Assembly (NCBI GenBank): GCA_024137785.1
Contig: JAHRHZ010000048.1
Span: forward strand, 12,318,256 to 12,382,255
Length of the DNA: 64,000 nucleotides
Origin: Ginglymostoma cirratum
Lineage: Eukaryota
Direction of reading: 5' to 3'
A model generated the notes under the pieces. It saw only the letters and a list, made by a program, of their open reading frames with translations. It was not told the origin of the DNA and did not search any database. Below, one piece after another: positions 1 to 12,980 of the stretch (position 1 is its first letter; each line of letters begins with the position of its first letter). A program made the translations under genes and the position numbers.

Positions 1-449
1 TAATAATGCATATTAATTATTCATATAGCACTTCATTAAAGGTAAGTTGAAAGTCTACTTAAATCATATCACAAAGACCAGCTACTTGTTATGATGATCT
101 CCTCAAAAGGATTTGTGTGTTTTTTGTCACTTACTAAGTTATTTTAAGTTAGTGATCAAGTTGCTTTAACTGTTTGATTCCAGCATTTGTCATTGGGATG
201 TGTAAAAATAATGACATGCTTTTATATAGCACTTATAGTGCAGGAGATTAACAAAACAAAAGTTGACTGTACAAGGAAATATTAGTTCGGATGATTATGC
301 AACCATGCAACCTGTACGTTCTCTCTTCTCCAATTCTGGTCTCTTCTATGTCGCCAAATTTAATTTTGCCTCTATTAGCTATTGTGACTTTGCATCCAAC
401 AGGGCATATAACCTGATGTGGCAATGCTTATGTTACCTCCCATTACATA

Positions 450-740
450 GGAAACTGGGCATAGATATCATGGTATTGAATAATCCAACAGGCATTTATT
501 ACCATGAACCCTTATGTACAAATTTTACACACCTCAACCACAGAAGTGTCTGGGCTAATATCAAGCTATTAGTTTACAGAGGAGTATGGTTCTAAGACAG
601 CAGCATGCTTCAAGTGATTTGACATAATATGGGCCAAATGATTTTAACATTCTCAGGTCCCACGTTGTGATACAGTGATGATATCAGGAGCATGTCTCTT
701 ACAGGTATACTGACATACTGCCTCTGAGAGAATCACAACA
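450..740 (-). repeat. 3' LTR of the Gypsy-like relic
   Basis: Aligns by eye to 2668-2946 (gaaac.gggc...gatatcatg...aatcc...tatgtacaaa...cagaggag...cagtgatgatat...acatactg); starts with TG on the minus strand. Confidence 0.6.
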
Positions 741-2667
741 TTTTTTTTTCTCAAAGATGAAAACTTATCCTAAACAGATGCACATTGTTGCTACATAGGT
801 AAGTGTTGTCATCTATATAATTATGCAAACAGACATAACAGTGTTACAAGATTAACATTTCATATTTAAATGTAATGCTTTGGAGTCGTTATAAGTCATC
901 CTGATCTGGTGATCACATACCCATCTGTATAGGTACACAATATCCTCAATTGTACTTGTTTAAAACTTGGTTTTCTTGCTACTGATTGCTGTTAGTCAAA
1001 ACACAAAGTGTTCTTCCTCACTGTCTTCGTACGTGATTGGTGTGTCATAAATTGGCCTGTGCTGACTTCTATTCCTTTACAATGCAACATTATAACCAAC
1101 AATGACTTTGTGTGATCTGGTCCATTTGCATGGTTTGGAAACCTTTGCTGGTATCTAAGTAATTTGAATGTGCACTTCAAACACATACCCTTTTCCCAAT
1201 GCACAGTTTTGGTGGTTTGCTATTTGCTTACTTAGCATGCATCTGTTTCAGTCTTATCTCTGAAGAGGAATGTTTTGTATCTCAGAATGTTAGACAGTTG
1301 GTTGCTGGGCAAGGTCATTCACATTTGCATTCTGATGGCAAGTTATGCTGGGGATGGTAATCCCTTTGCCATTGGTATTGCATGAAAATCTGACAATGCA
1401 ACAGGAAAGTTTTGCTTTGTTGCTCAACACTAAATGATTGTTAATTTGATGGCATGTACAGTATATTGTGCTTGGCTGTTGCAGCATGGATAGTGGGGTA
1501 ACAGTGTAAATTGGTCACTCCCCACATAGCACACAGTTTTGAAATGGTTTGCCAGTGATCTATGTTCCATTGTTAGATATCAATTGCTTCAGGAAGCCGA
1601 TGAAGACAGCAATCACTCAGTCAACAATAGTTGTGATATTTCTGTTTCCAATTTGAACAATGGACACATGCATTAGAGATGTCAGGAAAAGCTGGGTAGC
1701 TTTTGGTTCAGTTCAACAAACCACATGTATTACATCTTTAGCGCACTTTGCTGAGTGTAGCGTTGGCAGCACCTGAACCATGTAATTGTTGTTGGCCTGA
1801 CACTATAGTTTCATGCTTGTGCACTTTCGCAAGTAATCTGTCAATGCTATGGCTCTTTCTCTTCCTCAGAAGATCCTGTCTAAATCTTTAATTGGTGTGA
1901 AGGCTATTATTAACTCAGAGAGCCCCTCTAATAGTTCCTACTCAAGAAACATCAGATTAATGCCCTTTGCTGCAGCATCTTCTGACAAATGGGTCAACAG
2001 ACTCTTAGGGTTGCAGATCTTTTCTGGATCTTTCTAATCATCTGTAGAAAGACCGGATGCATTAATTCTGCAAAGTTCCTCCTGGCCTGTGCTAAGCATG
2101 ATTTTTACAGTTCTCTTCTTTAGAAACATCTACTATTTGATCTGTAAAATAGAACATTTGTAATTTAGTAAGGGTGTTACTGCAATCCCAGTCCATGATG
2201 AGGTTTCCACAATCAATGATTCCACCTTAAAAATGTTGGATGGTACCACATTATGCAGTGTTCCTGACTTTGCATCAATGCAAATTTGGAACTGTTCTTA
2301 TTAAGAACACAGACTCTCCAGCTGCTGTTATGAGAAATTTTTTCATGATGTATAGACTATCAATTCATTGCTTTTGTGTTCTAGTTTAAAAGTGTGTTTC
2401 AGCCCTTTTATCTTATTTTCAAAAAAGGCAGGATTTGAAATTGATTTTATTTTGAAACCATTTGCATTCTAATCAAGATGAAATTAGTTTAGTTTTCTTG
2501 GAGGCCCTATCTATGGATCTATTCAGCTGTCTGTACTCACAGAAATTGAAGTTTTTTCATGGTGAGGAACTCTCCCTTTGTCAAAATCTTTGTTAACAAA
2601 AGCTGCTTCCCTAGTGAGTTTTAATTAATTCTCCTCATTTCTAACATTCAGTTTCATTGTCTGATAA

Positions 2668-2946
2668 GAAACAGGGCCTGGATATCATGATGTTGAAGAA
2701 TCCAAAAGCATTTACCACAGCTAATTTTTATGTACAAACATTACATTCCTCAGGAACATTAGTACCTGGGATAATAGTAAGCTATTAAGTTACCACAGAG
2801 GAGCATATTTCCAATAGAGTATCACGCTTCAGGTGATCCCTGTATCTAATCTTTATATCCACAGATCATATGCTATGATGCAGTGATGATATAATGGCCA
2901 AGTCTTCTAAGTATATATTAACATACTGGCCATAATCCTTAACACA
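2668..2946 (-). repeat. 5' LTR of the Gypsy-like relic
   Basis: Direct-repeat partner of 450-740; starts with TGTG on the minus strand. Confidence 0.6.
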
Positions 2947-3585
2947 ATATGGAAAATCATACCTTCAGTTACCAAAGTTCTAAAGTCTGAAATTCTCACC
3001 CTAAACGTTTTTTACCCATCTCTCTCTTACCTCCTTTATGATGTTCCTTAAAGCCTTAAAATGCACTTCGGCCAAGTTCGGGTCACCTCTCCTAAAATCA
3101 CATGTAAAGTTTATTGTTAAACTCTCAATTAAGTATGTCACTGTGTATTGCAAAGGGGTGTCTTACATTGTTGATGGTACTATATAAATGATACCTCTTG
3201 TTGCTGATATGTCACTTAGTTACAAACTAAAGGTCAGTTATGCAATTATTTTTGCACCGATGGTATAACTCTATGATGAAGTCTAAGAACGACAGAGGCA
3301 ATGTGGTGTTAAATATTCTGGGAAAACTCTTCCACACTGTTTCTGCTGCTTCGATCATTGGTGGCCACACAAAAACAACTCAACTGACAGCTGACTGGAT
3401 ATCTTGCCGTATCATACACCTGGGGGAAAATCAAGCAGTTGGGTTTCAGTGTTTAAGTTTTTTCCACTTTGGATATAACCCAGTTGTAGATTATTTTCTT
3501 AAAACTGCCAAATTGTACAAAATGAGACACTGTTTACAATGAGACATTCTGAACGTGCACACTTTTGTATCAAGAATAAAAATTG

Positions 3586-4051
3586 CAGTAAACTTTTTAT
3601 TATCCAGCCCCTATGGTATCAGGAGTGTGCCAATTGATCAAATATTCCAGATAATCAAGAGATCCACATAACCAGTGTAAAAATACATACTAAGTAATAG
3701 AAATGTAAAACAGAGGGTATGCACATCACTTTTTCACTTTATTTACAGCATTAACTGCTTAAATAGTAATGCCTTAAATAAAACTTACCAGCAGCGAGCC
3801 TTCTCACTCCCACTCTCAATTGACTACTTGAACATTGCAGTATTCGAAGAGAAATTGAATCGATTGTTGATATTTCATGCAGCCATTCCATTGAACAATT
3901 ATATTTACACTGAGGTAAATAAAATTTTTTTAAAAACTGTAACAATTGGATAGAATAATAAAGTAAGCTTTGTAGTATTTGAGCTACGTAATTTTTGCAA
4001 GTTTATCAAGAGAATCGGCTCATAAAGTGCCAGTTAAATCAAAGTTTGCTG
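3586..4051. mobile_element. Tigger/pogo-like non-autonomous DNA transposon (MITE)
   Basis: Imperfect TIRs: cagtaaactttttattatccagc versus the reverse complement of the right end, cagcaaactttgatttaactggc. TA flanks the right end. The internal minus-strand peptide CSMEWLHEISTIDSISLRIL resembles Tigger/Jerky-type transposase C-termini. Confidence 0.5.
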
Positions 4052-4220
4052 TATTTTCACCAAGTCGGAGGTCGGTAATTAATGATAACGAACTCATTCT
4101 TTCACTAATTATTAAGAATTTGTACTCTTAAATTTGTGTGCCATCATTATTTCTTGTTAGCCTTCAATGCATTATAATGAACCTGTCTCTTCATTTTATT
4201 CAATTTATTCTTTCATTGGA

Positions 4221-4552
4221 TGGCCTAGTGATATTATCACTAGACGATTAAACCAGAAACCCAAGTAATGTTCTGAGGATGTGCATCGAATCCTGCCATG
4301 GCAGATGGTAAAATTTGAATCCAACAAAAATCTGGAATTAAGGGACTAATAGTGACCCTTGAAACCTTTGTTGATTGTCAGGAAAATCCATCTGGTTCGC
4401 AAATGTCCTTTAGGGAAGGAAATTGCTGGCCCACCTGTGACTCTAGACCCACAGCACTGTGATTGACTCTTTACTGCCCTCTGAGCAATTAGGGATGGGG
4501 AATAAATACTGACTTAGCTGGTGTCAGCAAATTCTCATGAATGACTAAAAAA
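4221..4552 (+). mobile_element. Shark tRNA-derived SINE with LINE-derived tail (gggcaattagggatgggcaataaatgctgg type)
   Basis: Collinear with copies at 26944-27282 and 53980-54213; has the ccatctggttc..aatgtcctttagggaaggaaa core and the shared tail. Confidence 0.75.
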
Positions 4553-5045
4553 TGTGAGTGCCATCAGCTCAGCAAGGCTGTACTTTCTTGGCCATTCCCA
4601 GTTTCCTTTGACTGACTGGCTTGCCGTTTAGAGGCCAGTTAAATTCACCATGTAGGCTAAGCTGTGTAAAGATGAAAAACTTTCCTTTCCTAAAGAACAT
4701 TTGCAGAAAATCAGTTTTCAATTACTTATTTTTTCTAAATTCCAGATTTATTTATTCAAAGTTGAACATTTGCCATAGTGGGATATTTCGTCATGTGTGA
4801 GAGCAATAAGCTATGTCTTGGGATAACTACTCAGATCAAAGTAAAACACTGTGGATGGTGAAAATCTGAAAGAAGAACAGAAAATACTGGAGAAACTCAG
4901 CGCAATGTGTGGTGAGAGAAATGGAGTTAATGTTTTGAGTCTTCTGCTTGGCTCTCCACAGATACTAACTGACCTGCTGAGTTTCTCTAGTACATTTTAT
5001 CCCTGGGTGACTAGCCCAGTAGCAAAACTACTGCATCAACCCACC
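4553..5045 (-). mobile_element. Older copy of the same SINE, tail-to-tail, interrupted by a Penelope-derived fragment
   Basis: Reverse-complement similarity to the SINE core (tttcctttcctaaagaacatt, ttccagattt...tttgccatagtggga). Confidence 0.5.
4838..5000. mobile_element. Degenerate Penelope-derived fold-back fragment
   Basis: gaaaatactggagaaactcagc...ggagttaatgttttg followed by the inverted arm ctctccacagatact..gacctgctgagtttctctag; same family as 61292-61578. Confidence 0.55.
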
Positions 5046-5313
5046 TTCTTCAAACCGCATTAATTAAATACAGAGCCAAAATTCAATGGAGGAATTGTTA
5101 AGCAGGATTTGGTAATACTCTAAATGGATTGATGTGTTTTACCGATTAATCCTTTTATGGCATCATCTGAGAAAATAAGCTCAATTCCAAGATGAGCTGA
5201 TGGAATCAGAGGTGAGATGAGCCTAAATCAGTAATTGCATGACAGGTTTGAAAATAAATGGAGCAAAATCAATTTATTCACCACAAATGGTTTGTAAATA
5301 TTCTTTTAACAGT

Positions 5314-5660
5314 GGGGTGGCATGGTGGCTCAGTGGTTAACACTGCTGCCTCATAATTCCCCAACCTCGGACGTTTGTCTATGTGGAATTTGCACATTCT
5401 CCCTGTCTCTGTGTGGGTTTCCTCCGGGTGGTCTGGTTTCTTCCCACAGTTCAAAGATGTGCAGGTCAGGGTGATTTGGCCATGCTAAGTTGCCCATAGT
5501 GTCCAGGGATGTGCTGACTAGATGGGTTAGCCATGGGAAATGCAGTCTTAAAGGGATAGGGTGGGAGGTGGGGCAGGTCTGGGTGGGATGCTCTTCAGGG
5601 TTTCAGTATGGACTTGATGGGCCAAATGGCCTGCGTTCACACTGTAGGGATTCTATGATC
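5314..5660 (+). mobile_element. HE1-type tRNA SINE
   Basis: ggtggctcagtggttaacactgctgcctca head, tttgcacattctccc...cccacagttcaaagatgtgcagg body, CR1-like tail tgtagggattctatga. Confidence 0.9.
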
Positions 5661-5974
5661 CTAGTGGAATGGGGTTGTGATTTCTTTCATACCTATACCT
5701 AAGCTGCTTAATTCACTTTATGATGGAGAATAAAATAATGTAAAGACAACCTGGTATTTTTCCAAATATTTAATGATTAGGCTGTCGTCCTCAATGAGGA
5801 ATGTGTATCAAAGTGTACAATACTGCAACAAAGATTTTTACAGCATCTTTTCATTGGAACATCACAGGGTTTTTCCACAGAGAGTCAATCAGAAAAATAG
5901 AATGCCAACAAAGTAGATGTGAGAAGGAGTGGCCGGATCTTAAATCAAACGTTTAAGATTTAAAGGAAGATCTT

Positions 5975-6092
5975 AACAGTCATCTAGACTTGAAATGCTC
6001 GCTTCCTCTCTCTCTATGGATACTGCCTGACCCCCTGCAATTTCCAGCATTTTTAGTACAGATTCAAACATCTGCAGTAATTTTGCTCCTCT
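5975..6092 (+). mobile_element. Penelope-derived terminal fragment
   Basis: gatactgcctgacc...tttccagcattttt...catctgcagtaattttgct matches the terminal arm shared with 60400-60520 and 61482-61578. Confidence 0.5.
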
Positions 6093-6454
6093 TGAGAAAG
6101 AAGAAGAAAGGTGGAGGGGTTTTATGAAACAGCTGTAGAGCCTGGAGTTGAGATGTCCAAAGGACACCACTACTAGTATGAGGAAGGGTGGTGAGGGACA
6201 GTGAGGATGGGACAAAAGGCCAAGAGTTCAAGGAACACTGAGCTCAAGGAGATCTTTGAGAACTAGTGGAGATTATTGAGGTATAAAGGTGAGGTCATGA
6301 AGACATTTAAAAGCAAGGGTGTGAATTTCATAATAGCTGTGAATGTAGATCAATAAGAACAGGGGTGATGGGTGAGCTGAACTTGTGGAACAAAATATGG
6401 TTAGCAGGGATTCAGAAAATGTTAACTTTATAGACAGTGGAGGATAAGTGAACT

Positions 6455-6540
6455 GCACAGATATTGCCAGACCTGCTGAGCCTTTCCTACAATTTCTGTT
6501 TATTTTTCTGATTTCCAGCATCCACAGTTCTTTCGGTTAA
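6455..6540 (+). mobile_element. Penelope-derived terminal fragment
   Basis: cacagatattgccagacctgctgag...ctgatttccagcatccacagttcttt. Confidence 0.55.
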
Positions 6541-7269
6541 ATACTAAGATGCTTGCACATATATATCGATAGCTGGTGGCCCCATTTAATTTGTTGGAGT
6601 GACGCCAGGGTAAATTTATAATTAACACCTCCCACCCCATGAGGTAATGGTAATCATCAGCAGGCTGCCCATCACCACTGGGACGACCCAAAAAACTGAT
6701 GATGTCAAGCCTGAAGTTGGAATGGTCCATTTGCAGTGGACTTCCCTTGAAATTACAGTTGGAGAAGTCATGATGATTTGGAGACATTCTGTCATTCCTC
6801 CCTCAATCATAATGTGAGCTTTCCTCAAGCAGAAACTTGGAAGAAACACTGTAGGTTCAGTTAGATCAAGTTATTAACCTAAAACTGATCACTGGCAACT
6901 GCTTTAGGCATCAGGTTCAAGTGGCCTATTGAGCTACTCAGAGGTTACAAAGGCAACTGAATCAAGGTTTTTGCTAGATATAGCCTCCAAAAATGATATA
7001 TGTGTAAACTTAGTGAGACAAGATTTACCCTTGATTACAAAATCAAAAAGCTAACAGACTCATACCTTCAATAAAATGTTGAAGACTGTTTAGAGTTAAT
7101 CAGAGTCTCAGACTGCACCTCTGTCTGTATGCTCCAAATGTCCTTGTGTAACCTGAGCCATGAGAGGAAAGTAACTGAAGGAGGATTCTCTAGCTTCTTG
7201 GTTAAAGTGTGGCAGCGGTCAACTAATGTGACACATGCTCTCACCATCTTAATGAATAAGCAAACTGTG

Positions 7270-7690
7270 TGTCCCCCAGCCTTGATGACTCAACGATTGA
7301 CACTACATCCAAAAACATTCACGCCACCCACCACTGGTGCTCAGCAGCAGCAGTGTGTCCCATTTACACCATGCACTGCAGAATTTCACCAAGGGTCCTT
7401 ACACAGCATGTTCCAAACCCTAACGTCTGGAATGACATTGCAGCAGAAACATGGGAACACCATAATCTGCAAGTTCCCCTCCAAGCTGCTTACCATCCAG
7501 ACTTGGAAATTCATTACTGTTCCTTTTGGTTTATATGGTAAAAATTCTGGAACCCTCTTCCTAACAACACTGTTGATGCACCACCACCAAAGTGACTGTA
7601 GTAGCTCTGAAAGACAGCTCGCCACCACTTTCTCAAGGGCAACTAGGAATAGACAGTAAATGCTGGCACAGCCTCAGACACTCAGTTCTG
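7270..7690 (+). mobile_element. CR1/L2-clade LINE 3' fragment
   Basis: Ends in caccactttctcaagggcaactaggaatagacagtaaatgctggc; parallels 8190-8630. Confidence 0.75.
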
Positions 7691-7734
7691 CAGAGATATC
7701 TTAGAGCTGAGATGACTGGCCACAACCATCTTCC

Positions 7735-8630
7735 TTTGTGCCAGCTATGACATCACTGCAAGTTTTCTCCAGGTTCCCCCTCCATCTTAAGGTCCGAAGT
7801 GGGATCATTCATTGATGATTGCACAATTTTCAACACCATTTACAACTCTTCAGGTACTGAAGTAGTCCATGTCCAAATAAAGGGAAACCTGGGCAATATC
7901 TAGGCGTGGGCTGAAACAGTGTAAGTAACATTCATGCCACACAAATGCCAGACAATAGACATGTCCAATAAGAGACAATCTATCCTTTGTCCCTTGACAC
8001 ACCATCACTGAATCCCCCACTATCAACATTTTGGGTTTACCATTGACCAGAAACTGCGCTGGACTAATTATATAAAAACAGAGGCTAAAGATCAGGTCAG
8101 AGGCTAGGAATCCTGCAGTGAATAGCTCACCTCCTGGTTTCCAAAACCTGTTCATCATCGACAAGCATAAATGAGAATAACACTTATGAAGCTTGACACC
8201 ATCCAGGACAAAGCAGCCCACTTGATTGGCACTGCATCCACAAACATCCACTGCCTCCAGTACTGATGCTCAGTATCAGAAGTCGGTGCCATCTGCAAGA
8301 TGTGCTGCAGACTTCACCAAAGATCCTCAGACAGCACCTTCTAAATTCATTACCACTTCTATCTCAATAGATAATGACAGCAGATACATCGGGTCATCAC
8401 TATGAGGTGTTCAAGTCACTCGCCATCCTGACTAGAAATATATTTCTTCAGTATTGTTGGGTCAAAATCCTGGAATTCTCTCCCAAATGACACTGTGGAT
8501 CTACCTACAACAAACGGACTGCAGTAGTTCAAGAAGGCAGCTCTAAATCACCTTCTTGAGGGTAACAAGGGATGGGCAATAAATGTAGTCCCACCCAGCG
8601 ATATCCACATGCCATGTATGAATAAAATCA
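7735..8630 (+). mobile_element. CR1/L2-clade LINE 3' fragment (degenerate RT C-terminus and tail)
   Basis: FIDDCTIF (F/Y-ADD-like) at about 7808, WAE.W.VTF-like word, and the agggatgggcaataaatg tail. Confidence 0.8.
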
Positions 8631-10405
8631 ATAAAAAGTTAAAAAAACTCTTCAATTTCCTTTTTAACATTACATCATTCAATTTTCATATTCAGTTTTT
8701 ATTTTTGTTTCAATTCTTTTTGGATGCATTTCGATGGATATTGTAAATAGTGAGGTGTGTGATAACCACTTTGGATCCATGGAAGGCTAAATGACATGTT
8801 TCCTCAATAACAAAAGACTTGTACTGTGGTTGATTGAAGGGTTTTGTACTCAACGCACTGAAAGCTTTATAAGGCCTTGGTCAGATTCTAATAAAAATAT
8901 GGCATCGATTTTAAACACAACATTTCAGGAAAATTGAATTAGATTTGGAATGGATATGACACAGATTCCACACTGAGGAGTATTTCTTTGCTGTGTTAAG
9001 CCAAATCAGACATATTGGGCTAGATCCTTGCAGAGAGGAAGACTCTATAGATTTTTAAAGATGATGGCCATAACCCAGATCAGGAAATCTATCACTATTT
9101 TCTCACAGATCCTATTTTCACCCCTATAGGAAAGGTGCTGGGTCATCATTTACAAATGAAGGAAAGCTAATCTCAGTATAGCCATTTGAATACAGCGCTG
9201 ACCTCAAACAGACGCTTTTTTTATTGTTGCCAGGACCTTAAACCTGCGACGTGGGAGTAATAAACTTAGAAAAGACATAAAGCTAAATGAAGCATGGATA
9301 AGGCTGTAGAACTACCAACTTAAGAAGTTATTTAAATCTGCAGCCCTTTAGAATTAAAACAAAACACTTGTCTCAATCAGCGAAAGTAGAAAAATCTGTT
9401 CTAATAGTTACAATTGTTTCTTCATATGAAGCCAGGGACTATAATTATATCATTACTAATGCTTTCCACAACCTACAGTTATCCTGGTAGAGGGTGTTGT
9501 CAGTTTGCAGTTTGATTGACAGCTCAAAGTGGTTATTAACAGACAAGTTGTTCTTCACGGTGGGGCTTAAGAGCACAGCTCTCTTTGTTTCTGGAATGGA
9601 TTAGCTTCTTTAGGGATTTAAATTTTTTGAATGGGCTTTCATAAATGTATGTATTACACAGCAAAAAGAAAATTATCCCAAGTTTGGATGCTTTCCAATC
9701 AAACCAATTTCCCTTAATCGTAATTAACATTAAAAGTAGCAGTAGCAGCCAACACAGTCCCAGAGGACTATTGAGGTGCTCTCTCATTAAATTGAAAAGT
9801 AAGTGTAACATTACTGGTCATAATAGAAAACCAAATCAAAAAGCAAATACTAATGCTGGATGCTAAAAATCCTTAAAGTCTATGTAAAGACTAGTACAGG
9901 TTCAGTCCTGGCTGGGGTGTTAGATTAAGGATGCAAAGCGTGTTTGGAAATGATCAGCAGTGTTAAGTGGTCAAGGATAGATTGATTGTTTGTTCTGGTG
10001 ACAGAATAGTCAGCTATTGTGACAATGAAACTTGGCTGTTTTGTGATGTGACATTGTGTGGATAGTACAGTGACCGTGGATAATTCAGTCTAGGGATGGT
10101 CAGTGATATTCTGCTGAGCAAATGATCAGGGGAAGAGTAAATATGAAATGTAAATTATTCCCAGTAGAACTCATGAACATCAAGTCTATAGTTCAAGAAT
10201 AGACGAGGCAGAGATTTGGGGAGTATATATTTGGCTCCCTCCTGACTGAGGAATGTATATGTTGCCCTAAGAGCTAATGAAAAACTACCTGACAAAACTG
10301 TTGGAAAGCTTGTTATCCTGATTTCCCATTAACTGACATTGTAGCTTGTCTTCTGCATATCACAAAAATAGCCAATATTAAAAGTGAATGGATGTTAAGC
10401 ATGTT

Positions 10406-10755
10406 CATAGAATCATACAGCATCGAACAGAACATTGAATCTTTACAGTCAAAAATACATTACTACCTACACTAGACCCATTTTCACACACTAGGCCCAA
10501 AACTTTGAAGTTATGACACTTCAATTGTCCACTCAAGTTTTTTTTAAAAGGTTGTGAGGTATCCAACCTCTACAACCCTCCTAAGAAGTGTACTCCAGAC
10601 TATCTCAAACCCCCTCTAAACCTCCTGCCTTTCACTTTAAAAGTGTGACCCCTTGTTCATGACATTTCATCTCAGGGAATAGCTGTTTTTTATCCACCCT
10701 GTCCATGCTCCTCATAATCTTACACATCTCTAACAGGTCCAGCTTTAACCTTTTG
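10406..10755 (-). mobile_element. CR1 LINE 3' end
   Basis: catagaatcatacagc tail repeat and tatccaccctgtccatgctcctcataatcttacacatctcta (reverse strand reads EMCKIMRSMDRVD). Confidence 0.75.
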
Positions 10756-11509
10756 CCTCCACTCTTATTTTAAAGCTGTTATTGTTTTCTTATTGAAGGG
10801 CAGTAACAATCGTGTATTCTATTACTATCTATTTATACCTTGGAAAACAAGTTCTTGTAATCGAAGCCCTCTACTTCATTCTCCTCACATCAGTACAATG
10901 AGCATCACTTTAAAGAGCCTGTTTATAACACATTGCTATTATTATATAGTATTGATATTACGTGACTGATGCACTTATATTGAAACCACAATGTGCCTCA
11001 GTCAATTTTTAGGGAGGTAGATTTATCTCGAAATAGTAGACTTGGGACGGTTGTTGGCACAAGATCTGTTTCATAGCACCACCTAGTGAAAGTTACGAAT
11101 CTCAGATGTAGAGCACTTTCTGTTTAAATGGACTTGTGCTCACTCTCTTTGTAAAACGAATATCCTCTCTGCATGCAATCCCGAGCTGCATTAAACAATT
11201 ATCACTGCTCACCAATACGCAATTTGTACAGTAACCTAATTGCAAAATCAAAATCTCCTATAACTTTATATTTACAACTGGGAAAGTTGTCAGCTGAGTC
11301 TCAATTTTTCTGAGTCAAATGGCTTGTCAAAAAGATCCTCTCTAGAGACTTTCCTGTGCTAGAAGGCTAACACTCTAGCACAGTCATGAAGGGGTAGTAC
11401 AGGAGGCTCCATATTTTAAATGAGTCAAACAAAGGCTATTTCAGCTGGAGGTAAAAGAGTTTATAGGGATATTTCAAAGACCACCAGAAGTGGTTTCACT
11501 GATGGCCCA

Positions 11510-11650
11510 ACCAATATTTGATCTCTAATCAGCAAATTATTTAGTAATTCATTATATTGCTGTTAGTGAGCATTGCTGTCATGTTTCCTATATTGCAATG
11601 TGACCACACATTGGAAGTAAAGTGCTTTGCAACATCCTGAATGTAATATA
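11510..11650 (+). mobile_element. Degenerate 3' part of a Deu-domain (SacSINE1-like) SINE
   Basis: ccaatattt...attgctgttagtgagcattgctg...tttcctatattgcaatg...gtaaagtgctttgcaacatcctga. Confidence 0.5.
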
Positions 11651-12054
11651 TTCCTGGATGATGGCTCCCGCTACCATGTGGTATTTGTCACTTCTATCAA
11701 CATATAGTACTGGGTAAGGGATGATTGAAGTATTCACAAATGTCTATCTTCCTTTGCCTGGGGCCTGTCTAGTGATTAGTGGTAGAAGGTACACTTTTAT
11801 AGAGTATCTACGGAAGAGGTATCATTCTTAGATAAGACACTGGTTAATTGTATGATAACAATAAATGCAACTACATTTGGCTAGGCATTATTACAAGGAC
11901 TTTAAGGAGCAAGTACAAATATATCTGCTCCCTCCAAAAGCCAAACTAGAACTCCTTCTCTTTGCTCGCAGACTGTATGGCATTCATATTTCCATAGAAC
12001 ATTAATCCTTTCCCCAAACCGTTACTTTGTAAATCAATGAAAAGCCTTACTTCT

Positions 12055-12284
12055 TGTAGATATTTTCCTATCCAACCTGTTCAGAGATGTTATTAGATAT
12101 CTCTGTAGCAGATGGGACTTGAACTCAGGCCTCACAGCTTAGAGGTAGGGAGACTACAAGTGCACTTGTAGATATTTTCTAATCAATCTGTTCAGAGATG
12201 TTATTATACAGCTCTGGAGTAGATGAGAACCTGGGCCTCCTGGCTCAGAGGTAGGGATACTACCGCTGCACCATGAGAGCTCCT
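12055..12284 (-). mobile_element. Tandem dimer of a short (about 120 bp) tRNA-like SINE
   Basis: Two head-to-tail copies of tagatattttc...aacctgttcagagatgttatt...agaggtaggga; reverse complement of the monomer at 20683-20805. Confidence 0.8.
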
Positions 12285-12980
12285 CTTTCTTCCTTGTATT
12301 CTACATAAACAAAATGGACCTTGTAGACCAGCAAATCAATTCTGTGTCAATGGGAGAAGGTGGCATTGTTGACAATATGTGTTAAGCTCCATTGTACAGC
12401 TTAAATAATGAAACCTGAAATAACGAATAAAACTAGGCTACTGGTTTTGGTTGGTGAGCTATTTTCATATATAGCTACATTTGGGAGCCCAATGGTCATT
12501 TTCACTAGCTAAACGCTGCTTGCAAGATTCTTTCGCATATTTAATTCTGTTTTGGAAATCTCTCTATCGAGGATCTAATTCCTTGAACATGATGCAGAGG
12601 AGCCTAATAATTGAGACAGTATAATTGATGAGCTGGGCTACAGGCTGCACAACAAGATTGTGAGAACTAGGTCATGTATTTGTATCAATTGCACTCAATA
12701 ACACAATTTCTCTCACCATCTTTTTTTTTAATCAATGGGAGAAGCAAGTTCCTGGCTTCACAATACCTTGAGAGAAAGAGAAGACAAGATTGACTTCAAG
12801 TTGACCTTTTGAGGTAAATTCTGCCTGTTGGGCTCTAATAATGCATTCTGCATTGTGAGAAAGTCTTCCACAGGAGATGAGGAAGTTGTAAAGGGGATTA
12901 ATTTAAAACACGTGTGGAACTGGCCATATGTGAGATATAAGCCAATCTCTTTATTATTGGCCCTACAATAAAATCATATT

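Larger units (their letters stand above)
450..2946 (-). mobile_element. Ancient, internally deleted Gypsy-like LTR retrotransposon relic
   Basis: Diverged direct repeats at about 450-740 and 2668-2946. On the minus strand a purine tract (741-752) immediately precedes TGTTGTG at 740. Internal minus-strand translations give degenerate protease-like (DAKSGTLHNVVP), RT-like (KDPEKI) and RNase H-like (THLSEDAAAKG) words with stops and frameshifts. Confidence 0.6.

Noticed and set aside
9470-9592. Minus-strand open segment TKRAVLLSPTVKNNLSVNNHFELSIKLQTDN as an exon
   Set aside because: Weak acceptor and donor (gttgtg); no recognisable protein.
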